This document shows positions 41,186-50,779 of a stretch of DNA of 64,000 nt, piece after piece. Numbering within the stretch: the stretch's first letter is position 1; every line of letters starts with the position of its first letter. The notes under the pieces were generated by a model. That model was not told the DNA's origin. It saw only the letters and a program-made list of their open reading frames with translations, and searched no databases. Source of the DNA: Minwuia sp. (lineage in GTDB: Bacteria > Pseudomonadota > Alphaproteobacteria > Minwuiales > Minwuiaceae); assembly GCF_048263705.1 (NCBI RefSeq), contig NZ_JBLXDV010000009.1:14781-78780 (forward strand). The letters are read 5' to 3'. The translations under genes were made by a program, and so were the position numbers.

Positions 41186-41916
41186 GCATCGACATCCATT
41201 CCGCCGCGACGCCGAATGGCTGGAAGATTTCCATCATGATCGAGGAACTGCGGGAAGCGGGCATCGATCTGCCGGAAACGAATTTCCATCTGATCAGTCT
41301 GATGGACGGGGACCAGTTCACGGACGATTTCACCGCCATGAACCCGAACCAGAAGGTCCCGGTGCTGGTCCACGATGGCCGCGCGGTCATGGAAAGCTGC
41401 GCCATCCTGCAGTATCTCGGCGAGACCTTTCCGACGGCCCTGCTGCCGCTGGATGAACGACGGTGGGACGTGGTACCTTGGCTGTACTGGCAGGCGGCCA
41501 ATCTGGGTCCGGTGTTCGGCAACAAGCTAAGCTACACGCGTTATATCACCGACGCGACGGACGCGCAGAAATCCCATCCGCTGGAGCGGTTCGAGAAGGA
41601 AGCGCAGCGCCTGCTGGGCGTGCTGGACCGTCAGTTGCAGCAGCATCCGTTCATCTGCGGTGCGGATTTCACCGTCGCCGACATCGCCGTTTTCCCGTGG
41701 GTGCGCGCCTGGAAATGGGCGAAGATCGACATCACCAGCCGTCCGCGTATCGGCGACTGGCTGGAACGTGTCCGCGCCCGGCCCGGCGTCGGACGCGGCG
41801 TGGCGTGGGGCGTGCCCGCCGATGAGGTGGACAGCTTCAGCCAGGAACGCCGGGCACAGTACAGGAAGAGCGGCGGTTCCATCGCCTCCAACAACAGACT
41901 GAAAACAGATATCTGA
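41182..41916 (+). CDS. glutathione S-transferase family protein
   Basis: 244 aa. GST N-terminal thioredoxin-like domain and C-terminal helical domain. Overlaps hpnE stop by 4 nt. Confidence 0.7.
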   Translation: MSIDIHSAATPNGWKISIMIEELREAGIDLPETNFHLISLMDGDQFTDDFTAMNPNQKVPVLVHDGRAVMESCAILQYLGETFPTALLPLDERRWDVVPWLYWQAANLGPVFGNKLSYTRYITDATDAQKSHPLERFEKEAQRLLGVLDRQLQQHPFICGADFTVADIAVFPWVRAWKWAKIDITSRPRIGDWLERVRARPGVGRGVAWGVPADEVDSFSQERRAQYRKSGGSIASNNRLKTDI

Positions 41917-41927
41917 TCGGAAATCCC

Positions 41928-42593
41928 ATGAGCGTCTCCCTTGAACTGAAAGACGGTATCGCCCTGGTGACCATGGACGACGGCAAGGCCAACGCCGTGT
42001 CCGAGGCGCTGCTGGACGCGCTGGAGCCGGTGCTGGACGAAGCCGAACAGAAGGCCGATGCGGTCATTCTGGCGGGACGGCCCGGGAAATTCTGCGCCGG
42101 GTTCGATCTGAAATCGCTGCAGGGCGGCGATGCCGAAGCGGCCCAGCGTCTGATCCGGCGCGGCGGACAGATGGTGCACCGCCTGTTCAGCTATCCGAAG
42201 CCACTGGTCGCCGCCGCGACGGGGCACGGCATGGCGCTGGGTGCGCTGTGGCTGCTGGCCTGCGACAGCCGCATCGGCGCGCGCGGGGCCTACAAGTTCG
42301 GGCTGAACGAGACCGCCATCGGCATGGTGCTGCCGACCTTCGGGCTGGAGCTGGCGCGTATGCGCATACCCGTATCGCTGCATACCGAAGCGGTCATCCA
42401 GGCGCGCATCTACGATCCGGCTGGTGCCATCGCAGCGGGCTATCTGGATCAGGTCGTTGATGAAGTCGCCGTCATGGATGTCGCCATGGAAGCCGCGCGC
42501 GAACTGGCGAAACTGCCCGGCGGAGCCTATGCCCAGACCAAGCTGAACATCCGCAAACCCGCGCTCGACGTGATCGAAAAGAGCCTGGCCTGA
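41928..42593 (+). CDS. enoyl-CoA hydratase/isomerase (crotonase) family protein
   Basis: 221 aa. Crotonase oxyanion region FCAGFDLK and the AAATGHGMALGALWLLACD motif. Confidence 0.7.
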   Translation: MSVSLELKDGIALVTMDDGKANAVSEALLDALEPVLDEAEQKADAVILAGRPGKFCAGFDLKSLQGGDAEAAQRLIRRGGQMVHRLFSYPKPLVAAATGHGMALGALWLLACDSRIGARGAYKFGLNETAIGMVLPTFGLELARMRIPVSLHTEAVIQARIYDPAGAIAAGYLDQVVDEVAVMDVAMEAARELAKLPGGAYAQTKLNIRKPALDVIEKSLA

Positions 42594-42596
42594 CGA

Positions 42597-43460
42597 TCAG
42601 CCCTCGCCGGTCTCCATCGGCAGGTCCGGCTCGGTGGACCATTCCAGCAGGGAATTGTCGTACAGCGTGACCCTGTCGTGTCCCGAGACCTTCATCGCGA
42701 ACAGGGTCGCCGCCGCGGCAATCCCGCCGCCGCAATAGGTGATGGCCGCCCGATCCGGCGACAGATCGGCGAAGGCCGCGCGAATTTCCTCGACCGGCGC
42801 GAACGCGCCTGTCGCCGGGTCCATCAGATCCTGCGCCGGAATATTGGTGCTGCCGGGGATATGGCCGGGTCGCCCGTAATGCGCCCCGCCGGTCCCGGCA
42901 TGCTGTTGCGGCGACAGCGCATTGATCAGCAACGCGTCACCCCGGATCGCCTCGGCCACTTCGGCCTTGCGGGCGACCGCAGTCTCATCGCGCTGCCCCT
43001 TGAACACCGAAGGCGTGAAACGTTCCTCACCCATCGAGACCGACCGGCCTTCGGCTGTCCAGCGCGCCAGACCGCCATCCATGATCCGGACATCGCGGCA
43101 CCCGGATACGGTCAGCACCCACCACGCCCGCGTCACGGCCACCGGCGTGCCTTCCGGATTGCCGTAGACCACGATCGTGTCGTCGGGTGTCACGCCGATG
43201 GCCGACAGCACCCGGTCGATCTGCGCCTGCGGTGCCAGCGTGAAGGCATAGGCCCCTTGCGGATCCGAGAGGTCATCGACCATGTGCAGGTAGGCAGCAC
43301 CTGGAACATGCGCCGCCAGATAGGCGTCCCGGCACGAGTGGATGATGGACGAACCGACGGGGCGCGGTTCGAACCGCACGCTGCAATCGATGACACGCAC
43401 GGTATCGAGATGCGCTTCGACCCAGGCCGGCGTGACGATCAGGTCGGCGCCCGATGCCAT
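42597..43460 (-). CDS. 3-mercaptopyruvate/thiosulfate sulfurtransferase (tandem rhodanese, SseA-like)
   Basis: 288 aa from MASGADLIVTPAWV. Two rhodanese domains with active-site CGGGIAAAA loop. Start ATG overlaps the upstream gene stop by 1 nt. Confidence 0.75.
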   Translation of the reverse strand: MASGADLIVTPAWVEAHLDTVRVIDCSVRFEPRPVGSSIIHSCRDAYLAAHVPGAAYLHMVDDLSDPQGAYAFTLAPQAQIDRVLSAIGVTPDDTIVVYGNPEGTPVAVTRAWWVLTVSGCRDVRIMDGGLARWTAEGRSVSMGEERFTPSVFKGQRDETAVARKAEVAEAIRGDALLINALSPQQHAGTGGAHYGRPGHIPGSTNIPAQDLMDPATGAFAPVEEIRAAFADLSPDRAAITYCGGGIAAAATLFAMKVSGHDRVTLYDNSLLEWSTEPDLPMETGEG

Positions 43461-44851
43461 TATTCGGCAGCCTGTCCGGGCAGCATGCGCGCGGCGTGCA
43501 GCGCCTTCCTCTTCGCGCCTTCCATGTCGTAGTGCTTGCGCGTCACGATGCGCTGCGCATAGAGGCCGCCGCCCGCCTGAATGTTGGTGACAAAGCGCCA
43601 GCCGCCCATGGCATCCGCCGTCAGGTCGCGGATGGCATGGAACAGCTTCATGCGGTATTCGCCGTCCACTTCCGGGTTGGCGGTCATGTATTTGCGGACC
43701 AGCGGCCCGACCTCGTTGTTTTCCAGATCGGCAATCGAGGGCGCCGTCAGGATCGACCCGCCACCGATGTCGTGCAGATGACGGCACATCAGATTGTACT
43801 GCGTGGCCGCCTGATACTTGCCTGCGTTGGTGAAAAGTTCCGACGGGAACGCGGCACCATTGTCGCCGATGGTGCAGTTGGCGATCGCCGCTTCCAGCGC
43901 CGCCCGGATCAGGGTCGCGTGGATGATCATCTCCGAGATCTTCTCGCGCACATGCTGCACCTTCTGCAGGCCGTTGGCCTCGGCGATCAGTTGCGCGAAG
44001 CCCACCAGTTCGTCGGCCTCATGCGCCATGAAGGTGAGGCCGCCCAGCCGTTCCCAGAGGCCCAGCGAATGCGCGAACTGGCCCGCATGGTGGGTCTCGC
44101 CGTTCAGGAAGATGCGCTCGTTCGGCACGAACACATCGTCGAAGATGACGAAGCCTTCGGGCATGTGGTTCTGGCGGCTGACCGGGAATGCGCGGTCGTC
44201 CTCGTGCCGGGGCGCGTAGGACGTGTTGACGATCTTCACGCCCGGCGCGTTCACTGGCACGGCACAGGCGATGGCATAATCCTCCTCGCCTGGCTTCATG
44301 GCCTTGGTCGGGATCACCATGGTCTCATGACCCAGCGACGCACCGGTGATGTGCAGCTTCGATCCCCGGATCACGACGCCGTCGCTGCGGCGTTCGACGA
44401 CGCGGGTATAGGCATCGGGATCGGGCTGCTTGCCGGGGCTGAGCGAACGGTCGCCCTTGCCGTCGGTGATGCATTCGGTGATGCGGATGTCGCGCTTCTG
44501 GGCATCCTTCACCCAGGCGTCGATCCGCTCGGCATATTCGGGATGCTCGCCGCCGATCCGGCCCGCCGCCGTCATCAGCGTCATGATCGACTGGTTGGTC
44601 GTATTGGCCACGATGTCAGCTTCGGTAAGGATCGGCAGCCGTGCCTTCAGCTCCTCCGCCGATTTCGGAATGTCCATCAGCGGGCTGGTCGCATCGGGCC
44701 CCGGCGCGTAAAATCGGTCGTAGCCCTGGGCGATCAGGCGGGCGGATTCCGCCATCAGCTTGTCATCCATGATCCGCTCGACCTTGCGGCCCTCGAAATA
44801 GGTCGCCCGACCGTCGTCCAGCGACGCCAGATATTCCTCACCCGTCATCAT
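43460..44851 (-). CDS. 4-hydroxybutyryl-CoA dehydratase / 4-hydroxyphenylacetate 3-hydroxylase (AbfD/HpaB) family flavoenzyme
   Basis: 463 aa. Segment KGDRSLSPGKQPDPDAYTRVVERRSDGVVIRGSKLHITGASLGHETMVIPTKAM closely parallels the AbfD motif [40 protein letters not shown]. Confidence 0.65.
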   Translation of the reverse strand: MMTGEEYLASLDDGRATYFEGRKVERIMDDKLMAESARLIAQGYDRFYAPGPDATSPLMDIPKSAEELKARLPILTEADIVANTTNQSIMTLMTAAGRIGGEHPEYAERIDAWVKDAQKRDIRITECITDGKGDRSLSPGKQPDPDAYTRVVERRSDGVVIRGSKLHITGASLGHETMVIPTKAMKPGEEDYAIACAVPVNAPGVKIVNTSYAPRHEDDRAFPVSRQNHMPEGFVIFDDVFVPNERIFLNGETHHAGQFAHSLGLWERLGGLTFMAHEADELVGFAQLIAEANGLQKVQHVREKISEMIIHATLIRAALEAAIANCTIGDNGAAFPSELFTNAGKYQAATQYNLMCRHLHDIGGGSILTAPSIADLENNEVGPLVRKYMTANPEVDGEYRMKLFHAIRDLTADAMGGWRFVTNIQAGGGLYAQRIVTRKHYDMEGAKRKALHAARMLPGQAAE

Positions 44852-44976
44852 GGCTCAATTCCTCCCCAGGAGATCAAACGTATTGGTTCACATGCGTACT
44901 ATCGTGACACAGCACGACGCTGGGTCAAGGCAGGGCAGATGGCAGGCGTACGCAAGGCCGCTCTAACGGGATGGAG

Positions 44977-46203
44977 CTAAATCACTCGGCGTACGAGCAG
45001 GGAGCTAAACCCGCGGATGAAATTGGAAAACACGCGCTCCGGCGTGTCGGTGACCTCGAACATCATGCCGCGCGCAAGGACCTCCTCCCAGAGGATGCGC
45101 AGTTGCAGTTCCGCCAGCCGGTCGCCGACGCAGCGGTGGATGCCCGCCCCGAAGGCCAGATGCCGCCGCGCGTTCGACCGATCCACGCGAAAGGCTTCCG
45201 CATCCTCGAACACGGCTTCGTCGCGGTTGCCGGAGACATACCAGAGCACCAGCTTCTCCCCCTTGCGGATGGTCTGGCCGCCGAACTCGCAATCGGCCAG
45301 CGCCGTGCGCCGCATGTGAATGACCGGCGTCTGATAACGGATCATCTCCGAGACCATGTTGGGGATCAGGTCAGGGTTCTGCCGCACCAGATCGCGCTGA
45401 TCGGGATTGTCGTGCAGCGCAATCAGACCGCCGCTCATGGAATTGCGCGTCGTGTCATTACCGCCGACGATCAGCAGGAACAGCGTGCCGATGAACTCCG
45501 CCCGCGACATGTCCTGCGTCACCGGATCGTTTGCCAGCATCGTGATCAGGTCGAAACCGCCCCGCCCGTCCTTGCGCGCCTCCCACAGCGGCTGGAACGC
45601 GTCAGCCATCTGTTCCAGCACCGCATAGCGTTCATCCTCGGTCTTCACCAGCGGGTGCGGCGCGTTCAGATTGGCGGTGGCGACGTCGGACCAGTACATC
45701 AGTTCGTGACGGCGTTCCTGCGGGAAACCCAGCATGGTGGCCAGCATCATCGACGTCAGATCGACCGACACCCGCGATACCCAGTCGAATTCCTCACCGA
45801 TTGCAATTCCCGCCAGCAGGGCGGCGGTGCGTTCGCGGATCAGATCCTCATAGGCGCGCAGGCTCTGGCGGTTGCCGATGGGTGCGACCGCACGGCGTCG
45901 GGGGGTATGCTCCGGCTTGTCCATGGAGACGAAGGCCGGCCGGTCGAGACCTGGCGCAATGTCGTTGAGCTGAATACCGCCCAGATCGGCACGGTTCGAA
46001 AAATGTGCCGTATCCAGTTCGGCCTGTGCGATCAGATCGTGGGACGAAACCGACCAGAAGGGCCCATAGGCGCTGTCGGCGCAGTAATGCACCGGCGCTT
46101 CGGCACGGAGCCTCTCAAACAGGGGCTGCCAGGAATCGCTGGCATAGATCGCCGGATCGCTGACATCGATCCGGTCCAGCTCCGGAAGGTCCTTATCCGC
46201 CAT
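44977..46203 (-). CDS. cytochrome P450
   Basis: 408 aa. Heme-thiolate loop FGAGIHRCVGDRLA, I-helix GGNDTT, ExxR motif. Confidence 0.85.
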   Translation of the reverse strand: MADKDLPELDRIDVSDPAIYASDSWQPLFERLRAEAPVHYCADSAYGPFWSVSSHDLIAQAELDTAHFSNRADLGGIQLNDIAPGLDRPAFVSMDKPEHTPRRRAVAPIGNRQSLRAYEDLIRERTAALLAGIAIGEEFDWVSRVSVDLTSMMLATMLGFPQERRHELMYWSDVATANLNAPHPLVKTEDERYAVLEQMADAFQPLWEARKDGRGGFDLITMLANDPVTQDMSRAEFIGTLFLLIVGGNDTTRNSMSGGLIALHDNPDQRDLVRQNPDLIPNMVSEMIRYQTPVIHMRRTALADCEFGGQTIRKGEKLVLWYVSGNRDEAVFEDAEAFRVDRSNARRHLAFGAGIHRCVGDRLAELQLRILWEEVLARGMMFEVTDTPERVFSNFIRGFSSLLVRRVI

Positions 46204-46260
46204 CGGTCAAGCGCACTCCTGTTTCCATATCCCCGTCAGCCTGACAGGCGGGGCAGTCAC

Positions 46261-47985
46261 TCAATCCAGCGAACCCGGCTTCAGCGTCAGCGGTTCCGGA
46301 CAGTCGCGTCGTGCGAATGCGCCGTCGCGCCTGCGCTCGATACTGACGACCACATCATCCAGACTGGAAAGCTCACGCGAACCATCCTCGCGCTTGCCCA
46401 TGGTACCGCCCGCGACGTTCAACACGAAGCCGAGATCATCGTCCCCTGCCAGGAAAGGCGGTACCGGCCGTTCACGGAAGGCATCGAACAGATCCTCGAT
46501 CCCCGCCCGCGCGAGCGTACAGGTTCCAAGGCTGATTTCGAGAGCCTCGGCCCGCAGACGGAGACTGATCGTGGTCTCATTCGGTTCGGCAGCCGTCCGG
46601 GGACCGTAACGCAATATGTAGCTGTACGCGTTGCTGCCATAGATGCCGCCCGTTTCCAGGACCCAGACATTGCGCGCAACCCGCACCATGCCTTCATGGC
46701 CGTGTTCGCCATAATGTGTCAGTTGCTGGGGTGCGCGGAACTCGGCGCGCGGCGACGCGGATGGATCGGCAACGCCGAACCAGCCGGTCAGGAAAGGCGC
46801 GGCAACCAGCCCGGCCAGCATCGCAAGCACGAAACCGAACGCCAGTCGTGGCGCACGCGGATCCCGGCGTACGATCGTGACCGCGGCAGTAAACGCCAGC
46901 CAGACCAGCACCACCGTCAGAAATGCAAGGATGTAGCCCTTGTCCACCTCTTCGGGCGTCCGGGTCAGGGCGTAGAGCGCCATCAGCACAGCCGGCAGAA
47001 GGCCCAGCCCCATCCAGCGCCGCCAGGTCGCCATGATGCGGCTGCCGGCACGATCACGCAGCGCAACGATGTAGCAGATGGAGGTGTAAAGCCCGCACAA
47101 CACCACGACCGCCGCGACAATCGATACCCGGTCCGGGTCCGTGCTCGTCTGGTCCGATACCGTCAGGACCCTGGGTACAATCCAGAGATACAGCAACACC
47201 GCGCCAATCAGCCAGAAGGGCAGCGCGATGAAGCGCGTCACGCTGCGAAACCATTTTGATGTCGGTGGCGGTGCGGCGATGGATTCCCTGTCGATGGCCG
47301 GCAGGTCGGACAGGGCATACCAGGGCCAGACAAGACTGAACGCGATCACGACCGTCACCAGATTCCAGCTCACCGAAACGCCGGACGAATTGAACAGGGC
47401 TTCGGTCAGAAGAATCAGGACATTCACGGCTGCCACGGCGAGCCCGGCAATCACGAAGCCAATCACACCCGCCACGAACGATCTCAGCGTCCAGTAGACG
47501 AACAGGTCATTGTCGATCCGGCCCACCGCGTAGGGCAGCACGAACGCCGCACAGGCACCTGCCATCACGATGTGCATGGACATCGTGTTCGACAGCGCCC
47601 GGTGCGACGGCCAGTCCGCGCCCCACTGGAGCCCGAGCGCCGCCGCCGCATCAAGCGACATCAGCACGAAACAGATCGCAAAGATCGGCAGCGGCGCGAA
47701 AAGGCTCAGCCACATCGCCCGGCGCTTCAGCAACGGCGCGCGCTCGCCCAGCCGTGCCAGCCCGAGCGTCACGAAGAACGAGGTCAGCCCGCCCAGAAAC
47801 AGCCCGTAGTTTTCACGCAACCCCAGATCGAAGGGCGGCACAGGCAGTTCCAGCACGACGCCCAGCATCCAGACCGTATTGCCCAGCGCCAGGAACATCG
47901 GGATCGGATACTGCTGCCACGTTCGCATCGCGCCGGTCATCTCTTTCGGTCTCCCGTCAAATCTGCAGCCGCAGTCTGACACCAT
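46261..47985 (-). CDS. uncharacterised polytopic membrane protein with C-terminal soluble domain
   Basis: 574 aa, about 12 predicted TM helices, then an approximately 170-aa hydrophilic C-terminal domain. No family recognised with confidence. Confidence 0.5.
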   Translation of the reverse strand: MVSDCGCRFDGRPKEMTGAMRTWQQYPIPMFLALGNTVWMLGVVLELPVPPFDLGLRENYGLFLGGLTSFFVTLGLARLGERAPLLKRRAMWLSLFAPLPIFAICFVLMSLDAAAALGLQWGADWPSHRALSNTMSMHIVMAGACAAFVLPYAVGRIDNDLFVYWTLRSFVAGVIGFVIAGLAVAAVNVLILLTEALFNSSGVSVSWNLVTVVIAFSLVWPWYALSDLPAIDRESIAAPPPTSKWFRSVTRFIALPFWLIGAVLLYLWIVPRVLTVSDQTSTDPDRVSIVAAVVVLCGLYTSICYIVALRDRAGSRIMATWRRWMGLGLLPAVLMALYALTRTPEEVDKGYILAFLTVVLVWLAFTAAVTIVRRDPRAPRLAFGFVLAMLAGLVAAPFLTGWFGVADPSASPRAEFRAPQQLTHYGEHGHEGMVRVARNVWVLETGGIYGSNAYSYILRYGPRTAAEPNETTISLRLRAEALEISLGTCTLARAGIEDLFDAFRERPVPPFLAGDDDLGFVLNVAGGTMGKREDGSRELSSLDDVVVSIERRRDGAFARRDCPEPLTLKPGSLD

Positions 47986-48109
47986 GAATCGGGCAGGAAA
48001 TGGGCACGGCCTCGACCGCTTCCCGACAATTTCAGCCGGGCTGCATTGCCCTCTGCCATATCCCGGCTAAAGTCGCGGGCAACAACATATCACGGGAGGG
48101 AGAAGGGCC

Positions 48110-49252
48110 ATGGCGCTCATTACATTCGTCAACCAGTGCCACATCGAGCACGGTGCCATCGACATGCTGGGCGCGACGCTGGAGCAGTTGGGCATCAAGA
48201 AACCCCTGATCTGTACCGACAAGGGGCTGGTCGATCTGGGCATCGTCGACACCATCCGGGGCCGCATTCCCAACGACGTCGATGTGACCATCTACGACGG
48301 CACGCCGGAAAACCCGACCGAGGCTGCTGTGACCGACGCGGTGCAGATGTTCCGCGACAATGACTGCGACGGCATCATCGCGCTGGGCGGCGGATCGTCG
48401 ATGGACCTGTCGAAGGGCGCGGCGCTGCTGCTGACCCATGACGAGCCTCTGATCAACTACAACATCGCCACGGGCGGCGCGATGAAGATCGGCCCCTGCA
48501 CGCCGATGATCGCGATCCCGACCACCTCCGGCACCGGCTCGGAAGTCAGCCGCGGCGCGGTGATCATCACCAATGACGGCCGCAAGCTGATCTTCGGCAG
48601 CCCACACATGATCGCGAAGGTCTCGCTGTGCGATCCCGACCTGACCATTGGCCTGCCGCCGCGCCTGACGGCGGCAACCGGCATGGACGCGGTGACCCAT
48701 CTGATGGAAGCCGTGATGAGCCCCAACGAGAACCCGCCTGCCGAAGCCATCGGGCTGGACGGGCTGTGGCGCGCGGTTGGTCAGGGCAACCTGATCCGGG
48801 CCACCGAGAACGGTGACGACAGGGATGCGCGCAAGGAGATGATGATCGCCGCGACCGAAGGCGCACTGGCCTTCACCAAGGGGCTGGGTTCGGTCCACGC
48901 CATGAGCCACGCGGTCGGGCGCATAGCGCATCTGAACCTGCACCACGGCACCCTCAACGCGGTCTGCCTGCCCGCCTGCCTGCGCTTCAATGACGAGGTG
49001 CTGGGCGAGAAACGCGACAGGCTGCGCCACGCCATGGGGGTACCGAAGGACAAGCCGCTGGACAAGGCCGTCGAGGAACTGAACGCGAAGCTCGGCCTGC
49101 CGGCCAACCTGTCGGAAATGGGCGTCACCGAAGACATGATCCCGGGCCTGGTCGAGCATGCGATGGTCGATCCGACCACGATGACCAACGCCCGGCCCGT
49201 GAATGCCGAGCAGTACGAGGCACTGTACCGGGACGCGATGGGGATCGCCTAG
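48110..49252 (+). CDS. iron-containing (group III) alcohol dehydrogenase
   Basis: 380 aa. GGGSSMD NAD-binding motif and His-rich metal site (HAMSHAVG ... HHGTLNA). Confidence 0.85.
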   Translation: MALITFVNQCHIEHGAIDMLGATLEQLGIKKPLICTDKGLVDLGIVDTIRGRIPNDVDVTIYDGTPENPTEAAVTDAVQMFRDNDCDGIIALGGGSSMDLSKGAALLLTHDEPLINYNIATGGAMKIGPCTPMIAIPTTSGTGSEVSRGAVIITNDGRKLIFGSPHMIAKVSLCDPDLTIGLPPRLTAATGMDAVTHLMEAVMSPNENPPAEAIGLDGLWRAVGQGNLIRATENGDDRDARKEMMIAATEGALAFTKGLGSVHAMSHAVGRIAHLNLHHGTLNAVCLPACLRFNDEVLGEKRDRLRHAMGVPKDKPLDKAVEELNAKLGLPANLSEMGVTEDMIPGLVEHAMVDPTTMTNARPVNAEQYEALYRDAMGIA

Positions 49253-49349
49253 AAACCGCCATGCTGGGGATGGAAGGGTCGGCCGAGCATGGTGGCTCGG
49301 ACGGGCAGAACAGCGCACGTGCACCGGTCGCCGCGGCACATCCTTTTTT

Positions 49350-49438
49350 GCCTTCGGGCTCGACCCGAAGGCCTCACACCTGTCGGCGAACCCGGTGTCG
49401 GCAATCGACTCAGGAGACCTTCGGGTAGAGCCCGAAGG
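49350..49438. repeat. pair of near-identical GC-rich hairpins (REP-like) in ADH/MFS intergenic region
   Basis: GCCTTCGGG-CTCGA-CCCGAAGGC at 49350-49372 and CCTTCGGG-TAGAG-CCCGAAGG at 49418-49438. Neither is followed by a T-run. Confidence 0.4.
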
Positions 49439-49549
49439 CGGAAAAATGCAGGTTGGAGCAATTGTTGAATGAAAACTCGGCGCGAAACCGTAACCCGACC
49501 CCCGTGTTCTGCTGCACGGAAACGCGGATGACAAAACTCAGGTGATCGC

Positions 49550-50701
49550 ATGAAGGCACTATGGGGCCTCGCGCTCGGCAACTTCGCGGTCGGCACCGGT
49601 GCGCTGGTGGTTGCCGGCGTGCTGCCCGACATCGCGCGCGACACCGGCGTGACCGATGCCACCTCCGGGCAGTTGATCCTGTTCTACGCCATCACCTACG
49701 CGGTGTGCGCACCGATCCTGGGGTCGCTGACCGGCGGCATCGACCGTCGTACGTTGCTTTGCGCATCGGCGCTGCTGATCGCCGCCGCCAATGTCCTTGC
49801 CGCGATGGCCACCGGTTTCGAGACCCTGCTGGTCGCCCGCGTCGTCGCAGCGGTCGGCGCGGCCATGTTCTCGCCCGTCGCGGCCGCCGTCGCCAGTTCG
49901 CTGGTGCCGCCGGAAAGGGTCGCGAGCGCCATCGCGCTGGTGTTCGGCGGCTTTGTCGTCTCGACGATCCTTGGTGTGCCCATGGGCACCTGGATCGGCG
50001 GCATGTTCGGCTGGCCTGCCACCTTCTGGTTCGTCGCGATCATTTCCGGGGTGGCCGCGCTGACGGTCCTGTTCGCCGTGCCGGGCGGCCTGAAGGCGCA
50101 GGGTGCCAGCTTCCGCGCGCTGGGATCGGTGCTGATCGATCACCGGCTGATGCTGGCGCTGTCGCTGGGCGTCACGCAGATGGCCAGCCAGTTCATCCCC
50201 TACACCTTCATCGCGCTGATGCTGATCGAGCGCGCGGGCGCGGACACCGACGGTATCACCCTGATCTTCCTGCTGTTCGGCGTGACCAGCCTGATCGGCA
50301 ACATCCTCGGCGGGCGCGCGTCCGACCGCTACGGACCGGCGGCAACGATGCTGACGGGCATGGTCATCCTGCCCGTCGTGCTGGCGAGTCTGGGACTGAT
50401 GCACTACGGCATCGTAGCCTCCGCGATCCTGCTCGGCCTCTGGGGCATGGCCGGCTTCAGCTTCGCGGCAGCCCAGCAGGCCCGGCTGGTCGCGCTCGCG
50501 CCTGACCTGCGGGGCGTCGTGCTCTCGCTTCACGCCTCATCCATGTACGTCGGACAGGCGGCAGGTGCCGCACTGGGCGCAGCGATCCTGAGCCGTTACG
50601 GCATGGGCGCGCTCGGTCTCGGCGGCGCGGTCATGGCCGTGATCTCGCTCGGCCTGTTTCTGATCTCTCGCTGGCAGTGGCGGGAACCCGCAGCGACCTA
50701 G
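49550..50701 (+). CDS. MFS transporter
   Basis: 383 aa, 12 TM helices, MFS signature-like GRASDRYG loop. Confidence 0.8.
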   Translation: MKALWGLALGNFAVGTGALVVAGVLPDIARDTGVTDATSGQLILFYAITYAVCAPILGSLTGGIDRRTLLCASALLIAAANVLAAMATGFETLLVARVVAAVGAAMFSPVAAAVASSLVPPERVASAIALVFGGFVVSTILGVPMGTWIGGMFGWPATFWFVAIISGVAALTVLFAVPGGLKAQGASFRALGSVLIDHRLMLALSLGVTQMASQFIPYTFIALMLIERAGADTDGITLIFLLFGVTSLIGNILGGRASDRYGPAATMLTGMVILPVVLASLGLMHYGIVASAILLGLWGMAGFSFAAAQQARLVALAPDLRGVVLSLHASSMYVGQAAGAALGAAILSRYGMGALGLGGAVMAVISLGLFLISRWQWREPAAT

Positions 50702-50779
50702 GTTCGGACCGCCTCGTCAATCGACCTATAGGCATCCGGCAGCGGCGTGACTAAGTTGGGGCGAACCCAAGGAGACCCC

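Noticed and set aside
43454-47259. 508-aa and 762-aa plus-strand ORFs antisense to the AbfD-like, P450 and membrane protein genes
   Set aside because: They overlap strongly supported minus-strand genes (the P450 heme loop, for example). Translations are low-complexity.
49350-49438. Hairpins considered as rho-independent terminators for the ADH gene
   Set aside because: No downstream U-tract on either strand; one is preceded rather than followed by a T-run. Reported as REP-like repeats instead.
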